Positions 20,458 through 31,510 of a stretch of DNA of 64,000 nt are shown piece by piece. Every line of letters starts with the position of its first letter. Position 1 is the first letter of the stretch. Source of the DNA: Terriglobia bacterium (GTDB taxonomy: Bacteria; Acidobacteriota; Terriglobia; 2-12-FULL-54-10); NCBI GenBank assembly GCA_963666975.2, contig CAXVYR010000004.1, positions 1,632,001 through 1,696,000 of the forward strand. The letters run 5' to 3'. The notes under the pieces are model-generated. The model was given only the letters and a program-made list of their open reading frames with translations. It was not told where the DNA came from and searched no databases. The position numbers and the translations under genes were made by a program.

Positions 20458-21906
20458 GAAGGTGTCCCAAACTCAGTTGCAGGTTGGGACGGCGGGTTGA
20501 GTTCATATTACGCCACTTTCTCCTTGTGAGAGGAAGCAGCGTTTGGACTTCGGCCGAGAATCGATGCCAAAGCCCAGAGATCGTGATAACCCATGATCTT
20601 CCGGAAATTCTTCTCGGTCAGCAGAAACGCTCCTGCCACCCAGCGCAACGTCATCTCGCCGTCGCGCCAGCGGCAAACATTGCCAGTCTTTTTCCGCACG
20701 CCCGACTGCGGGCTCTCGATGAGGTTCGTGGTTGCCAGGCAGCGGTGGAGGCTGGGAGGAACGTCGGCTCGATTGATCGTAAAGGTCTCCTCCAACCCTT
20801 CGCGCAAGCTGGCGGCTGCTGCCGGATGATCGCACTCGATCATCCCAGCGAGCTTTTTTATGCGCACGATGCCTTCCTCGGCTTGGGGCAATCGCCAGGC
20901 GGCGCGCATCAGCGACCGCACCTGATTCGCCAGCATTTTGTCGCCCTTTGGTAACCGCTCAGCCACGTTGCGCAGCTTATGAGTACGGCAACGCTGCACC
21001 AGCTGATTGCTGCCGAATACTTCCTCGATCCCCGCGCGGAGCGCTTTGGCGCCGTCGATCACAAACAGATAGCGCTGATCCGTGCGCAGACCTTGCTGGC
21101 GCAGGCGGGTGAGAAGGTCTTTCACCGCAGCGGCGTTTTCGGTCGCGCCCAGTTGAATCCCCAGCACATGCTTGCGGCCCTCGCTGTCCACGCCCACGGC
21201 GCTGATGACGTGGTGGGAGCCGAACCGCATTCCGTCCAGGTAAATCACCAGAATCTCGACCTCCTCCCAGCGCCGCGCCAACAGTTCTTCCAGCCGCCGC
21301 GCTCCTTGCTCGGCCGCTTCCCGGCTCACCTGAGACTTCGACACCCCAGCGCTGTTGGCCATCTCCGGGATCACCTCGCGGTAGTTCCGCGTCGAAACCC
21401 CTTTCAACAGTGCCTCGAACATCTCCTCGCCCGTCTTCTCGCTTTTCCGCAGCGCTTCGTAGGCCGGCACCGCTTCTTCCCCTCCGCCCTTCCGGCGCAG
21501 CCGGGGCCGCTCCACCCGCAGCTGGCGATCGGCCAGTTTCACCCTCCCCAATTGCCGGCCATGCCAGCGCACCTCTCCGCTCGCCTTCCCGGGACTCTTT
21601 GGCCCCGCGATTTGCTCTGCGCTCATGCTCAGAATCGTTTCAATCAAACCTCGCCCGGCCCGATCAATCACCTCATCCAACGCCAGACGCGCCTCCGTGA
21701 TCAGATCCACCACCGGCAACAGCATCTGTCCGTTGGTTTGGCAAAACTTCTGGATGGTTTCTTCGGCTCCCTTGGAACCCAGTTCCAAAACGTGATATTT
21801 TCCCTTCATTCGGCGGTTCTCCTTCTATAGGATTTAGGCTTGGCCCGATTCTATTCGATTCGGGCCGAACCGCCGTTCAACCTTCAACTATGTATGGGAC
21901 ACCCTC
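20458..21906 (-). mobile_element. IS256-family element, copy 2
   Basis: Near-identical to copy 1; 8-bp TSD TTCCACCC at 20450-20457 and 21907-21914. Confidence 0.95.
20508..21809 (-). CDS. IS256-family transposase (intact)
   Basis: 433-aa ORF with DDE motifs. Confidence 0.95.
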   Translation of the reverse strand: MKGKYHVLELGSKGAEETIQKFCQTNGQMLLPVVDLITEARLALDEVIDRAGRGLIETILSMSAEQIAGPKSPGKASGEVRWHGRQLGRVKLADRQLRVERPRLRRKGGGEEAVPAYEALRKSEKTGEEMFEALLKGVSTRNYREVIPEMANSAGVSKSQVSREAAEQGARRLEELLARRWEEVEILVIYLDGMRFGSHHVISAVGVDSEGRKHVLGIQLGATENAAAVKDLLTRLRQQGLRTDQRYLFVIDGAKALRAGIEEVFGSNQLVQRCRTHKLRNVAERLPKGDKMLANQVRSLMRAAWRLPQAEEGIVRIKKLAGMIECDHPAAAASLREGLEETFTINRADVPPSLHRCLATTNLIESPQSGVRKKTGNVCRWRDGEMTLRWVAGAFLLTEKNFRKIMGYHDLWALASILGRSPNAASSHKEKVA

Positions 21907-22235
21907 TTCCACCCGCAAACTGCCGTACTCAGAAACTTTTCCCTGTTGCGGATCGAGGATCGGAAACTTCCACAGCCATTGCGCGCATCGCCGGGACGTT
22001 AAGAATCTAAACGACGTTACCAAGAGATAAAACAAACCGGAAGAGCCGCAGTCAGCTTCTCTCATTTTTATTGAGCCGCTGAATTTGCTGCTGTTTCATT
22101 TCTGTACAGCAAGCCGTTGCATGGACAGCCTGCCTGTCCATTGACAAACTTACATTTGCCGGGTGTGGTGAACTATGTATAGTGAACTGTGCGCAGTGAA
22201 CTATTTGTAAAATTGTTAGAACTTTCCGGAAAGGC

Positions 22236-23650
22236 TTACTGTTTCTGCAGTGAGGGCTGCACCTTCTCGTCAACCACCTTTTGGCCATTTGCTTTCTGAC
22301 TAATCAAGCGATACAGGGTGGCGCGGCTGATGCCCAGCATTTCAGCGGCCCTCACTTTGTTGCCGCCGGTATGCTCCAGAACCTGCAAAGCATAGCGTCG
22401 GTTATATTCCTCGAGCGACACCCACTTCTCCTCCCCGGATACCAACTCCGGGAGAAAACATCGCAGGTGTTCCGGCAGGTCCGCGCTGTCAATGACTTTA
22501 CCCCCCGTCATCATGCAGGCGTTGCCCAGGACGTTTTCCAATTCCCGCACGTTGCCCGGCCATGCATACCGGGCCAGCAGGGCCTGCGCCCGGCGGGTGA
22601 TGCCTCGGATCGGTTTTTTGTATTGAGCGGAGAAGTGCTCCACAAAATAGCGCTCCAGCAGCGGCACATCCTCTTTCCTGTCGGCCAGTGCGGGAAGGTG
22701 GATTTCGACCATAGAGAGCCGGTAATAGAGATCTTCCCGGAATTGCCCGGTCGCCATCATGGCCCGCAGGTCTCGATTGGTGGCGGCAATCACCCGCACG
22801 TCGGTCTTGCGGACGGTGGGAGAACCGACGCGCTGAATCTCCTGGCTTTGGAGCACCCGCAACAGCTTGGCCTGCGTCGTGAGCGGTATCTCGCCGATTT
22901 CATCCAGCAGCAGCGTCCCGCCCTGGGCATATTCAAAGTAGCCGAGTTTGTCTTGGGTAGCGCCGGTAAAGGCTCCCTTTACATAGCCGAACAATTCACT
23001 CTCAAAGATGGTTTCCACCACAGCCGAGCAATTGCACACCGCAAAGGGTCCCGGTGCAAAGGGACTTCGTTTGTGCAGAGCCCGCGCCACCAGCTCCTTT
23101 CCGGTTCCGGTCGCCCCGGTGACCAAAACCGTTCGGAAATGCGGCGCCACGCGGCGAATGCGGCTGTAAACCCCCAACATCAGGGGGCTGCGGCCGACGA
23201 TGCCCTCAAACTGATAGGAGTCCAGCAGTTCACGGTCGAGCTGCAGGGTCCGGTGCCGCTGGCGAGCTTCCGCCGCCAGTCCGTCAACCATCCGCCACAA
23301 ACGATCCGCATCCAGCGGCTTGGTTAGAGATATTCACTGGCGCCGCTCTGGATCGCCGCCACTGCCGATTCAGTCGCAGTGGGGTGGGTCATTAAGATCA
23401 CGTCGGTCCCGGAATCCGCTTCCAGAATCCCCTCTAACAACGCACCGCCTTTCCCTCCCGGCATCATCCAATCGAGCAGCACAATTTGGGGATGTTCTTG
23501 GTGGACCAGTTGCAGGCCCTCGTTGGAGTCCTTGGCAGAGAGAACCTTAAAGCCATCGCGCGACAAGGCATCGGAGATAACTTCCCGGCATGCTGGATCG
23601 TCCTCAATCGCTAGAACAGTTATGGAAAAATCTTCACCAGTAGTCATCAA
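22236..23650 (-). pseudogene. Sigma-54-dependent response regulator (REC-AAA-Fis HTH), frameshifted
   Basis: REC ORF 23324..23650 ends GASEYL*. Removing a CT duplication at ~23327 gives EYLTKPLDADRLWRM, joining the GAFTGA-containing AAA ORF. Confidence 0.85.
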
Positions 23651-23931
23651 AAACCTGCCTACAACAGCGACGCTGCCGAGCTAACCAGCTTAGAGTGAAC
23701 ACCCCCTTAGAAAGAAGCTGTCCAAGCTGTATTTACGCTACATTAAGGTTCATCGACCGAGGAGGGCTTCCAGGTTAGCCTTCTTCCACATCTCACCCGT
23801 GGCAGGCGTTCCACCGGAGCGTCTTGAAATTGACCATACTCTGGCAGCGATTGTTCATTTTTCGAACATTTTGCGAATGGCGCAGCAACCCAAAATATAT
23901 CCATCTGTAACATTCCAAGCAGGATAAGAAT

Positions 23932-23947
23932 TGGCACCCTGCTTGCT
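23932..23947 (+). promoter_or_regulatory. Sigma-54 (-24/-12) promoter upstream of flagellin
   Basis: TGGCAC-cctgc-TTGCT matches the consensus TGGCAC-N5-TTGC exactly. Confidence 0.8.
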
Positions 23948-24110
23948 CTAGCGTCCGCGGGCATTCCAAAGATATAAAGATTTAAAGATATATAGATATC
24001 GGGAGGCTTATGAAACGTGCGACTTGAGCCACAAGACGCAAGCGGCTCTGCCTGCCAGGCCGGGCACCCCGATCCGTGATGGGGAATTTCGAGCAAGGAT
24101 ATAGAATTTT

Positions 24111-24923
24111 ATGGCACTTAGCGTTTTGAACAACATTGGATCCCTCGCTGCACAGAATCAACTGAGTTTTATACGGAAGTCGTTGCAAACCACGTTTTTT
24201 CGTCTGGCCTCCGGCTCACGCATCAACAGCGGAGCAGACGACGCGGCGGGGTTGGCCATCGCCGACGGGTTGCGCGCCAACGTCACCGCGCTGGAGCAGT
24301 CCTCAAGAAACGCCAACGACGGCGTCGGTGCCCTGCAGGTAGCCGATGGCGGACTGGGTCAGGTCAACAATTTGCTGAACCGCGCCGTCACGCTGGCCAC
24401 ACAGTCGGCCAACGGCACCCTCAGCGACTCGCAGCGGATGGCGCTCAACGACGAGTTCACCTCGATTAAAGCTGAAATCGACCGTATCGGGTCAAACACC
24501 ACGTTTAACGGCAGCTCGGTATTTAGCGCCAGCACCACATCCATCGTTATTAGCGACGGCACCGGGAGCAGCACCATTGGCACCACGGTGGGCACACTCT
24601 CCAGCGCAGGTCTGGGTCTGGCCACCGATATCTCCAGCGCCGCAAACGCCAGCACGGCCCTGACCGAGATCAACACTGCCATCAGCACGGTCTCTTCAAC
24701 GCGGGGCACTGTGGGAGCCTCCATCAACCGGCTTGATTCAGCCGCAAACGTCATCAATACCCAGGTGCTGAACCTGCAAGCAGCCGAGGATGGAATCCGC
24801 GCTACCGACATCGGTAAGGAGGTGGCGAACCTGACACGCCTCTCCATCCTGAACCAAACCGGTGTCTCAGCGCTGGCGCAGGCAAACCTGCAACAGCAGC
24901 AAGTTCTGTCGCTGCTCGGATAG
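24111..24923 (+). CDS. fliC: Flagellin (short, 270 aa)
   Basis: RLASGSRINSGADDAAGLAIA, NANDG, EIDRI..TTFNG, GASINRL, ALAQAN. Confidence 0.95.
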   Translation: MALSVLNNIGSLAAQNQLSFIRKSLQTTFFRLASGSRINSGADDAAGLAIADGLRANVTALEQSSRNANDGVGALQVADGGLGQVNNLLNRAVTLATQSANGTLSDSQRMALNDEFTSIKAEIDRIGSNTTFNGSSVFSASTTSIVISDGTGSSTIGTTVGTLSSAGLGLATDISSAANASTALTEINTAISTVSSTRGTVGASINRLDSAANVINTQVLNLQAAEDGIRATDIGKEVANLTRLSILNQTGVSALAQANLQQQQVLSLLG

Positions 24924-25045
24924 ACCAGCAAAACCTCTGGCGGCGGGGTCCTACAGAGGCCCCGTACGCTGAATACTTTGATTGCCCATGCTAGGAATAG
25001 ACTTGCTCGCATTTGTACTTTGCAACACCCCTGGGAGTATCCACG

Positions 25046-26365
25046 ATGGGTTCATTTAGTTTCGGAGCTGTCGGCTTCTCCAGCCTTTCCGGCTTCGACG
25101 TACAAGCGCTCGTGAACCAAGTGCTCTTCGTTGAGAAGGCGCCCGTTCGCTTGCTGGAAGGACAACAATTGCAACTCGACGATCAATCGTCCGCGCTCAG
25201 CGGCATCAACTCCGAACGGCTCGGCTTGAAGGATGCGGTCAACGCTCTCAATGACCCCTTTGGCAAGTTCAACTCCAAGCTGGCTGCTTCTGCCGATACC
25301 AGCGTCCTCACAGTCACAGCCGATGCGACGGCCACGGCCGCGACGCACACCGTCACAGTCAGCGCCCTGGCCACAACCTCTTCGTTTTCCTCCAACCAGC
25401 TCGCCGACGGCACCACCACGTTTGCCACGGGCAGCATCGGCCTGCAGGTCGGCGCCGGCGCGCCCGTCACGATTACGGTAGATAGCAGCAACAATACGCT
25501 GGACGGCCTCGCCGCGGAGATCAACAACCAGGACCTCGGCGCGACGGCCACTGTGATCACCGACGCCAACGGCGCCCGCCTCTCGCTCGTCAGCAACACC
25601 ACCGGCCAGCCGGACGACCTGACCATCTCCAACAACACAACGGGCCTCACACTCACTGAGGACGTGACCGGAACGAACGCCTCGCTTACCGTGGACGGAG
25701 TCTCCATCAGCAGCACGAGCAACACGGTGTCCGGAGCGATCCCCGGCGTGACGCTCAACCTGACTGGCGCTTCGGGCACAGACGTGACGGTGACGGTGCA
25801 GTCCGACACCGCCCAGGCGCGGGAGGCCATTGACGAGTTCGTGGCCAGCTACAACGCAGTAGTCGAAGCCGTCAATGCGCAGTCTGGCGCGGGCTCTCCG
25901 CTCGCCGGCAACAGCTCTTTGCGGCTGGTGCAGGAACAGGTCCTTTCCGCCGCGACCCATTCCATTACCGGCAACAACGGCTTCGTGAACCTGGCCGCGA
26001 CCGGGATCAATACGCAGGCCGACGGCACGCTCTCGGTGGACGGCGATAAACTCGACAGCAGCCTGTCCACAAACTTCTCCGAGGTCCAGAACCTGCTTCA
26101 GTCGCAATCGCCCGCCGGCGTCGCACAGAATTTCAGCGACAAACTAACCTCTTTGACCGACACCATCAACGGACCGCTCCACATCGCCCTGAAGGGCATC
26201 AGCAACAACTCGAAGAACATGACGGACCAAGTCGATGCCTTTGAGGTCCGGCTGGAGTTTCGGCAGCAGGCGCTGATCGAAGAGTTCAGCCGCATTAACA
26301 GTTTCCTGCGCGCACTCCCCTCCATTGAATTGCAGATTCATAATCAATTGAATGCTCTGCAGTAA
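25046..26365 (+). CDS. fliD: Flagellar filament cap protein
   Basis: SGFDVQALVNQ, NASLTVDGVSI-SSTSNTVSGAIPGVTLNL, FVASYN, DGTLSVD; follows fliC. Confidence 0.9.
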   Translation: MGSFSFGAVGFSSLSGFDVQALVNQVLFVEKAPVRLLEGQQLQLDDQSSALSGINSERLGLKDAVNALNDPFGKFNSKLAASADTSVLTVTADATATAATHTVTVSALATTSSFSSNQLADGTTTFATGSIGLQVGAGAPVTITVDSSNNTLDGLAAEINNQDLGATATVITDANGARLSLVSNTTGQPDDLTISNNTTGLTLTEDVTGTNASLTVDGVSISSTSNTVSGAIPGVTLNLTGASGTDVTVTVQSDTAQAREAIDEFVASYNAVVEAVNAQSGAGSPLAGNSSLRLVQEQVLSAATHSITGNNGFVNLAATGINTQADGTLSVDGDKLDSSLSTNFSEVQNLLQSQSPAGVAQNFSDKLTSLTDTINGPLHIALKGISNNSKNMTDQVDAFEVRLEFRQQALIEEFSRINSFLRALPSIELQIHNQLNALQ

Positions 26366-26439
26366 AAAAATTTGATCCTCCCAAAAGTTAGTTAGCCTGA
26401 GAAGCCGTATCACCTCAAAGTCGCCCCATTTTGAAGGTG

Positions 26440-26566
26440 CTAGAGCATTTTCCCGTAGGAGTAGAGTTCTGGCAGCCACGTAGCGCCAGCGTCCTCGCTG
26501 GCCCATTGGGCCGCCAGGATGGCGGCGCTACATTCCTCCTATACACTATCGGGAGAAATGCTCTAG
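26440..26566. repeat. MITE-like element with terminal IRs enclosing a REP palindrome pair
   Basis: CTAGAGCATTTTCCC ... GGGAGAAATGCTCTAG; inner GTAGCGCCAGCGTCCT...AGGATGGCGGCGCTAC. Confidence 0.6.
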
Positions 26567-26799
26567 ACCGGTTTCAGAGTTCGTGTATCCCCTATTGCGC
26601 TCTTGTCAGGGCACGGTTTGACGGGGCCCCCAGCGCGCCGCTGTCAGCGTGCTGGGATGTCTTTAACCGTGCGGCCACCCGGATCACGACAGCGGCTTCA
26701 GCCGCTGAGGTCGAGGTTAAATCGCTGGAACACGCAGAGTTCGAGACTCACCTCAGGCGCTGAAGCGCACTTGCTGGAGAACGTTTCGGCACGGCTTCA
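26567..26799 (+). repeat. REP cluster (GTCAGGGCACGG / GCGGCTTCAGCCGC family)
   Basis: Shares ~50 bp with 46248-46297 and motifs with the clusters at 45200, 47811 and 55289. Confidence 0.7.
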
Positions 26800-27220
26800 G
26801 AGAGTGTGTAAAAACCACCCTTGACAAGTTTGTATAATGTGTCTCAAGGAGGCACGATGAGATTTATGACCTACAACCCGGAGCAAGGGTATCTGCTGCC
26901 GCCCAGCGTGCGAGATGTGTTGGGAGGGGATCATGTCTGTTTCTTCCTGCACCGAGCCGTCGAGCGGCTGGACCTGGAGGCGTTCGAGCAAGGATAGGTC
27001 GAGCAAGGCCGCCCAGCCTATCACCCGGCGCTGCTGCTGAAGGTGTGGCTGTATGCCTACGCGCTGGGCTACACGGCGGACCTCGCCGTCAGTGAGGATC
27101 ACCTCATCGTGGAACAGCGCGTCACCCGGAATGCCACCGACCGCCGTTCGCTGGTCCCGGTAGTCGAGGCGGTCGAGCAACGCTGCGGGGAACGGCCCCA
27201 GAAGCTCAGCGCCGACGCCG
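26800..27220 (+). pseudogene. IS1182-family transposase remnant (nonsense mutation plus internal deletion)
   Basis: MRFMTYNPEQGYLLPPSV...G*...GRPAYHPALLLKVWLYAY fused to a later segment (QKLSADA); homologous to 55388-55812. Confidence 0.75.
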
Positions 27221-27392
27221 TTATAGATGGTCTAAATTGTCCAATTGTTCCATTGCCGGCGAGTACGCAGAGATGGCATGCCGGATATCATCGCCGCGCA
27301 AGCGAGAAACGCGTCTTGCAGCTATTGTCTCAAGGGGTGGGTGGGATATCAGTCCGGCTTGAACGGTATCCGGGGCGGAAGCCCGGATAGAA

Positions 27393-27926
27393 TCAGGCTG
27401 GCGGTCTCAAGCCGCCTGTGATTCCGGCAAGCAGGAGGATCACAACTATCTGCACGAGCCAGCCCAATACGCAGACGCCCACGGCACGGCCCGTGCTCTT
27501 ATAATCCAGCGCCTGCCTCACCGCAATGACCATCGCCACCAGCATCCAGATTGCGGTGACAAAGAAAACCAGACTCCCAAGAACGGGCACCACTCCAAAG
27601 ACTCGAAGGACCCCGGGTGAGCTGGAGAAGCCGGTGGTCCGCAACAACTCTCCCAGGTCAGCCCGTGTCTGAGGCTCGGGCAGAAGACGGGTGCCGATAA
27701 AGTACGTGAGAAAAGCCCAGATGAACCAGCCCGCCAGCGCCGCGATGGTGCCCCAGAAAATCCCAGAGACCCCTACACTTGAGATGGAACCCACCCCTGC
27801 TGCCAGGCTGGAGAGGATCACCACGGTCATTGCCTGCCCCATGGCCTGCTTGTCCGCCTCCACCTCCTCGTAGAGGTTGATATCCAGCTTGGCTGCGCGA
27901 ATCATGCGATCTTTCAAGTCGGCCAC
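27393..27926 (-). CDS. YIP1-family membrane protein
   Basis: RMIRAAKLD..YEEVEAD, ELLRTTGFSSSPG, AVRQALDY; several TM helices. Confidence 0.8.
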   Translation of the reverse strand: MADLKDRMIRAAKLDINLYEEVEADKQAMGQAMTVVILSSLAAGVGSISSVGVSGIFWGTIAALAGWFIWAFLTYFIGTRLLPEPQTRADLGELLRTTGFSSSPGVLRVFGVVPVLGSLVFFVTAIWMLVAMVIAVRQALDYKSTGRAVGVCVLGWLVQIVVILLLAGITGGLRPPA

Positions 27927-27977
27927 GTTGTCCTCCGTGTCTTTCTTCGCATCTTGCCTATAGATTGTTCAAAAAAC

Positions 27978-28769
27978 TTATTCCGCATACCACTTGCGGA
28001 GGCGGACTTCCACACCTGCTGTGTTGCGGAGCGCGTCGGCGAATTCCTGCGTGTTGCTGCCCCGGGAATGATAGGGGTAAACCACCTTGGGACGGAAGCT
28101 TTCCACGCACGCGGCCGCCTCGCCAGGAGTCATTGTGTAGGGAAGGTTCATGCAAACAAAGGCGACGTCAATGTTCTGCAGGCCCTTCATCTCCGGGGTG
28201 CATGCGGTGTCGCCGGAAATATAGACCCGCTTGTCCGCCAGGGTCAGGATGTAGCCGTTGCCCCGGCCTTTGTCGTGGAACAGCTTGCCCGGCTCCGGTC
28301 CCCGAGTCAGGTTGTACATCGGCACGGCCTCAATCCGCACTCCCGCCACGGTTTTTGTCTCGCCGTTGCGGATGGTCTGCGCCTCGGTGATGGTCTGAGC
28401 GACGGCGGGAGGCGCTACCACGACGGTTGACGCCTTTTTCAAACTGTTGACCATTTCGCGGTCCTGATGGTCGCCGTGAACATCGGTCACCAGGATCAGG
28501 TCGGCTTTGGGAAGACCGGTGAAGTCTCCTCCCCCGTTACTGGCAGGGTCAACGTGAATGGTCTTGCCACCGAACTCCAGCATGAGGCTGCCATGTCCAA
28601 TCGGGGTGATGCGAAGCTCACCCCCGGAGGTCTGGATCACGTCAGCGGATCGCGCCAGCGGTGCGAAGCTCAAAGCCGCGAAAACCGCCAGGAACAGGAC
28701 CCCGTGGAGCGTATAGTGGTGAACGCAAGGGTTTCTCTTCATATCGGCCACCTCCATATAAGCAATCAA
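27978..28769 (-). CDS. Secreted MBL-fold metallo-hydrolase
   Basis: IHVDP, TDVHGDH, HDKGRGNGY, YISGDT, VYPYH. Confidence 0.88.
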   Translation of the reverse strand: MIAYMEVADMKRNPCVHHYTLHGVLFLAVFAALSFAPLARSADVIQTSGGELRITPIGHGSLMLEFGGKTIHVDPASNGGGDFTGLPKADLILVTDVHGDHQDREMVNSLKKASTVVVAPPAVAQTITEAQTIRNGETKTVAGVRIEAVPMYNLTRGPEPGKLFHDKGRGNGYILTLADKRVYISGDTACTPEMKGLQNIDVAFVCMNLPYTMTPGEAAACVESFRPKVVYPYHSRGSNTQEFADALRNTAGVEVRLRKWYAE

Positions 28770-28862
28770 GCTAAGCAGTCAAGATCAGCCGGTTAGAATC
28801 GGAACCCCCACAATAGCTTGAGAGAACGGCAAAGGCAACCAAAAACAGCGCGGCAAAGCAGC

Positions 28863-30008
28863 TCAAGGCTGCTCTTCGCATAACGTTCCCATCTCAGCCC
28901 ATTCATAGCCCGGCAACAGCGGAACCGGAGTGTAGTCGGCTTGAGCGGCCAAGCGGCTCAACTGCTCGATGCGGTCGCTCGTCAGAGGGTGAGTAGAAAA
29001 ATATTCCGCCGCGCGAGGCATATCCCCGCTGCTTTCCTCCAGCTTGTTCAAGAAGCGGATCATTCCACTGGAATCGATTCTGGCTGCCTGCACCGCTTTC
29101 ATTCCTTCCCGGTCCGCCTCGGCCTCATCGCGCCGTCTGTAGCGCAACGCGCCAATGGTTTGAGCGGCGTCGAGAACCGTCGCCAACCCCGAAGCGTCGC
29201 CCACCGCCGCGGCAAACAGCACGCTCATCGACATCTCGCGGAACAGGGCCTTGGTGGCGTGCCTCTGCACAATATGCTGCATCTCATGAGCCAGCACCCC
29301 GGCCAATTCCTCCGGGCTTTCCGTTTTTTCCAGCAACCCCTGATAGATCACAATCTGCCCGCCTGGAGCTGCAAAGGCATTGACAGCAGGATCGTCCACC
29401 ACGGTAATCACAAACGTGTAGGGGGAGTCCGGTCCGGGAGCTGTCACTGTCAGTGTAGAGACAATCTGATCCAGGACCCCGATGCGCTCCGGGTCTGCGC
29501 ATCGCTTGCCGGCCGGGGCCATCTCGCCGACCACCTCACGGCCAAGCTGCTCTTCCCAGGAAACCGGAACGCGGGCGGCAGCTTGGTCGGCCAGAACAGG
29601 GATCCCCCAAAAATAAAGCGCCCACACAACCAGTATCGCTCCCGCTCCGGCTAGGAGTATGAACTGGAGCCGGAGCGACCGGCGGGCCGGGTTGTGGAAA
29701 CGGGCAGGGGCATCGGGGGCGATTTGATGGATCGCCGCCAGGAACGTCTCGTCGGCGACGACGACGGCTTCCGGAAGCTCGTCCCCTTTTTCCAAGCGCA
29801 CTTGCTCTCCGGAATGGAAGCCCTGAGTCTGGCGGATTTCCTCGTAGGGCCACCACAGGTCCGGACCACTCTCTTTGCCGTCCTGTTTCACGATGTGCAG
29901 GGCATTGCCCGTCACCGTGATCTTCACGGCCTGGCGGCTGGCCGTCCGGCCGTCGAAGTAGGCGCCTTCCCAAACTGTTTTCAGCGGAGATTGAGATTGA
30001 GGTTGCAT
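28863..30008 (-). CDS. M48-family metallopeptidase
   Basis: NAFAAPGG, LAHEMQH, EAEAD, STHP. Confidence 0.92.
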   Translation of the reverse strand: MQPQSQSPLKTVWEGAYFDGRTASRQAVKITVTGNALHIVKQDGKESGPDLWWPYEEIRQTQGFHSGEQVRLEKGDELPEAVVVADETFLAAIHQIAPDAPARFHNPARRSLRLQFILLAGAGAILVVWALYFWGIPVLADQAAARVPVSWEEQLGREVVGEMAPAGKRCADPERIGVLDQIVSTLTVTAPGPDSPYTFVITVVDDPAVNAFAAPGGQIVIYQGLLEKTESPEELAGVLAHEMQHIVQRHATKALFREMSMSVLFAAAVGDASGLATVLDAAQTIGALRYRRRDEAEADREGMKAVQAARIDSSGMIRFLNKLEESSGDMPRAAEYFSTHPLTSDRIEQLSRLAAQADYTPVPLLPGYEWAEMGTLCEEQP

Positions 30009-30052
30009 TGGCCGCGGTCGTTTGCTGTCTATATGCCCATCTATATACCCGT

Positions 30053-31162
30053 CTATATACCAAGGTCAAAGTCGAGGAAATCGGTCTCCAGAAACTCCGC
30101 CATGCCTTCGCCGGTCGCCGAGGCGGCTTGCGCTTCCTGCTGGATGCTTGCCAGGTCCAACGGTCCTTCGACGGAAAGATGGGCGAAAAGGAATTCCGTC
30201 TCGCGGACCCACACCCACGGATAGGCCAGCCCCATGGAAACGATCAACAGAAACCAATTCACCACCTTCAGCTCCAACAGCTTTCCGCCTGTGATCGTTG
30301 AGTTGAGCCGAGCGGTCCCGAAGGAGGTGTGCTGCCAGTAATAACGCTGTTTCTCCGCAGTAAACCAGAACCAGTAGAGGCCGAAGGTCAGCATGGTGAG
30401 CAGCCCGCCCACCAGGTGGATGTGGAACAGCTCTCCCCCATCTCCTTCGTAGTCAAAAGATGTATTGCCGAAATAGCTGTGGCTGGCTAGAAACCTCCTC
30501 ATGTTCGTCAGCAACCACGGGTAATAAATACCAAACGTGATCCCGGTCAGGATTGCGTCCCGTGCAAAGATTCGGATCAGTTCTTTCGTGCGCCCCCGGA
30601 AGGAAACCCGGATTCCTCTCCAGGAGGTGCGGCTTAACCGGTACCTTCGAGAGCCGACCACCACGACGGGCACCAAAATCACAAGGCTGCCGTAAAAGAA
30701 AAGCTGGCTCAGGGCTTCTCCGGTGGGTCCTTCCCAAACCGACTGGATTCCGAACATGGCGCCGAAAAACACGACCACGCCCAGGAACGCCTTGCTCCAC
30801 CCGATGAACAGCTCCTTGCCGGTTCCGTGGAAGGCGAAGCGGTCCCCTGCAAACTCCGACTGGCTGTACAGATATTGCCGGACTTTGACCTTGCCCCAGA
30901 AATAGTAAACACCCAGGGTGAGGACAGAGAGCAAGAGATTGACGCTGTAGATGCCAAACAGCGCTCCCCCGTCACCGTGGAAGGAAAGATAACGGGTCGC
31001 CCATTCCGCGCCGCCGGTTTCCGTTGCCGCCGGTTCCGCCGTGACGCTGGCTTGTCTTTCTTCCGGGAGGCTGGGTTGCTTCGTGGCGCTCACGAAGTAG
31101 TGGCCGCAAACGCATTGCCAGGTTTTTTCCGGAATGATCGCTCCACAGGCAGGACACTGCAT
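30053..31162 (-). CDS. YjgN/DUF898-family membrane protein with N-terminal zinc ribbon
   Basis: CPACG..CVCG; FHGDGGALF..NLLLSVLTLGVYYFW; typical M48 partner gene. Confidence 0.9.
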   Translation of the reverse strand: MQCPACGAIIPEKTWQCVCGHYFVSATKQPSLPEERQASVTAEPAATETGGAEWATRYLSFHGDGGALFGIYSVNLLLSVLTLGVYYFWGKVKVRQYLYSQSEFAGDRFAFHGTGKELFIGWSKAFLGVVVFFGAMFGIQSVWEGPTGEALSQLFFYGSLVILVPVVVVGSRRYRLSRTSWRGIRVSFRGRTKELIRIFARDAILTGITFGIYYPWLLTNMRRFLASHSYFGNTSFDYEGDGGELFHIHLVGGLLTMLTFGLYWFWFTAEKQRYYWQHTSFGTARLNSTITGGKLLELKVVNWFLLIVSMGLAYPWVWVRETEFLFAHLSVEGPLDLASIQQEAQAASATGEGMAEFLETDFLDFDLGI

Positions 31163-31510
31163 CCGTATTATCCCCCTCTGCGCACGGTACCCAAAAAGAA
31201 TCGATCCGGATCACCCGGCACCGGACATTTCCCAAATGAGCCGTGGGGCAGTGTGCGGAGACCCCATGCCCGCAAGCCGCCAAGATTGTGCATGGAAGGC
31301 AAGGCGAGCCGATGCTAGCCCAACGCAGAAATCAGAGTCAAGGCCAAATCTCCAGACTGTCGTTAGCACATGATATGTCCGGTGGAATTAGCAAGTGAAG
31401 TGTCCGCTTGGAAGGCAGCCTGGGGTAAGACCCCTGAAGGGGTTGCGGATTTTGCAGTCCAGGCAGGACCGCATAGGGGATACCCATGCGGTCCATTCTT
31501 CCTGGTTCCG

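Noticed and set aside
20219-20506. N-terminal extension of the HD-GYP ORF (MNSTRRP...)
   Set aside because: It starts inside the IS256 end; the real start is the ATG at 20218 preceded by AGGAGG.
6709-21906. Composite transposon bounded by the two IS256 copies
   Set aside because: Each copy has its own distinct 8-bp TSD, so they are independent insertions.
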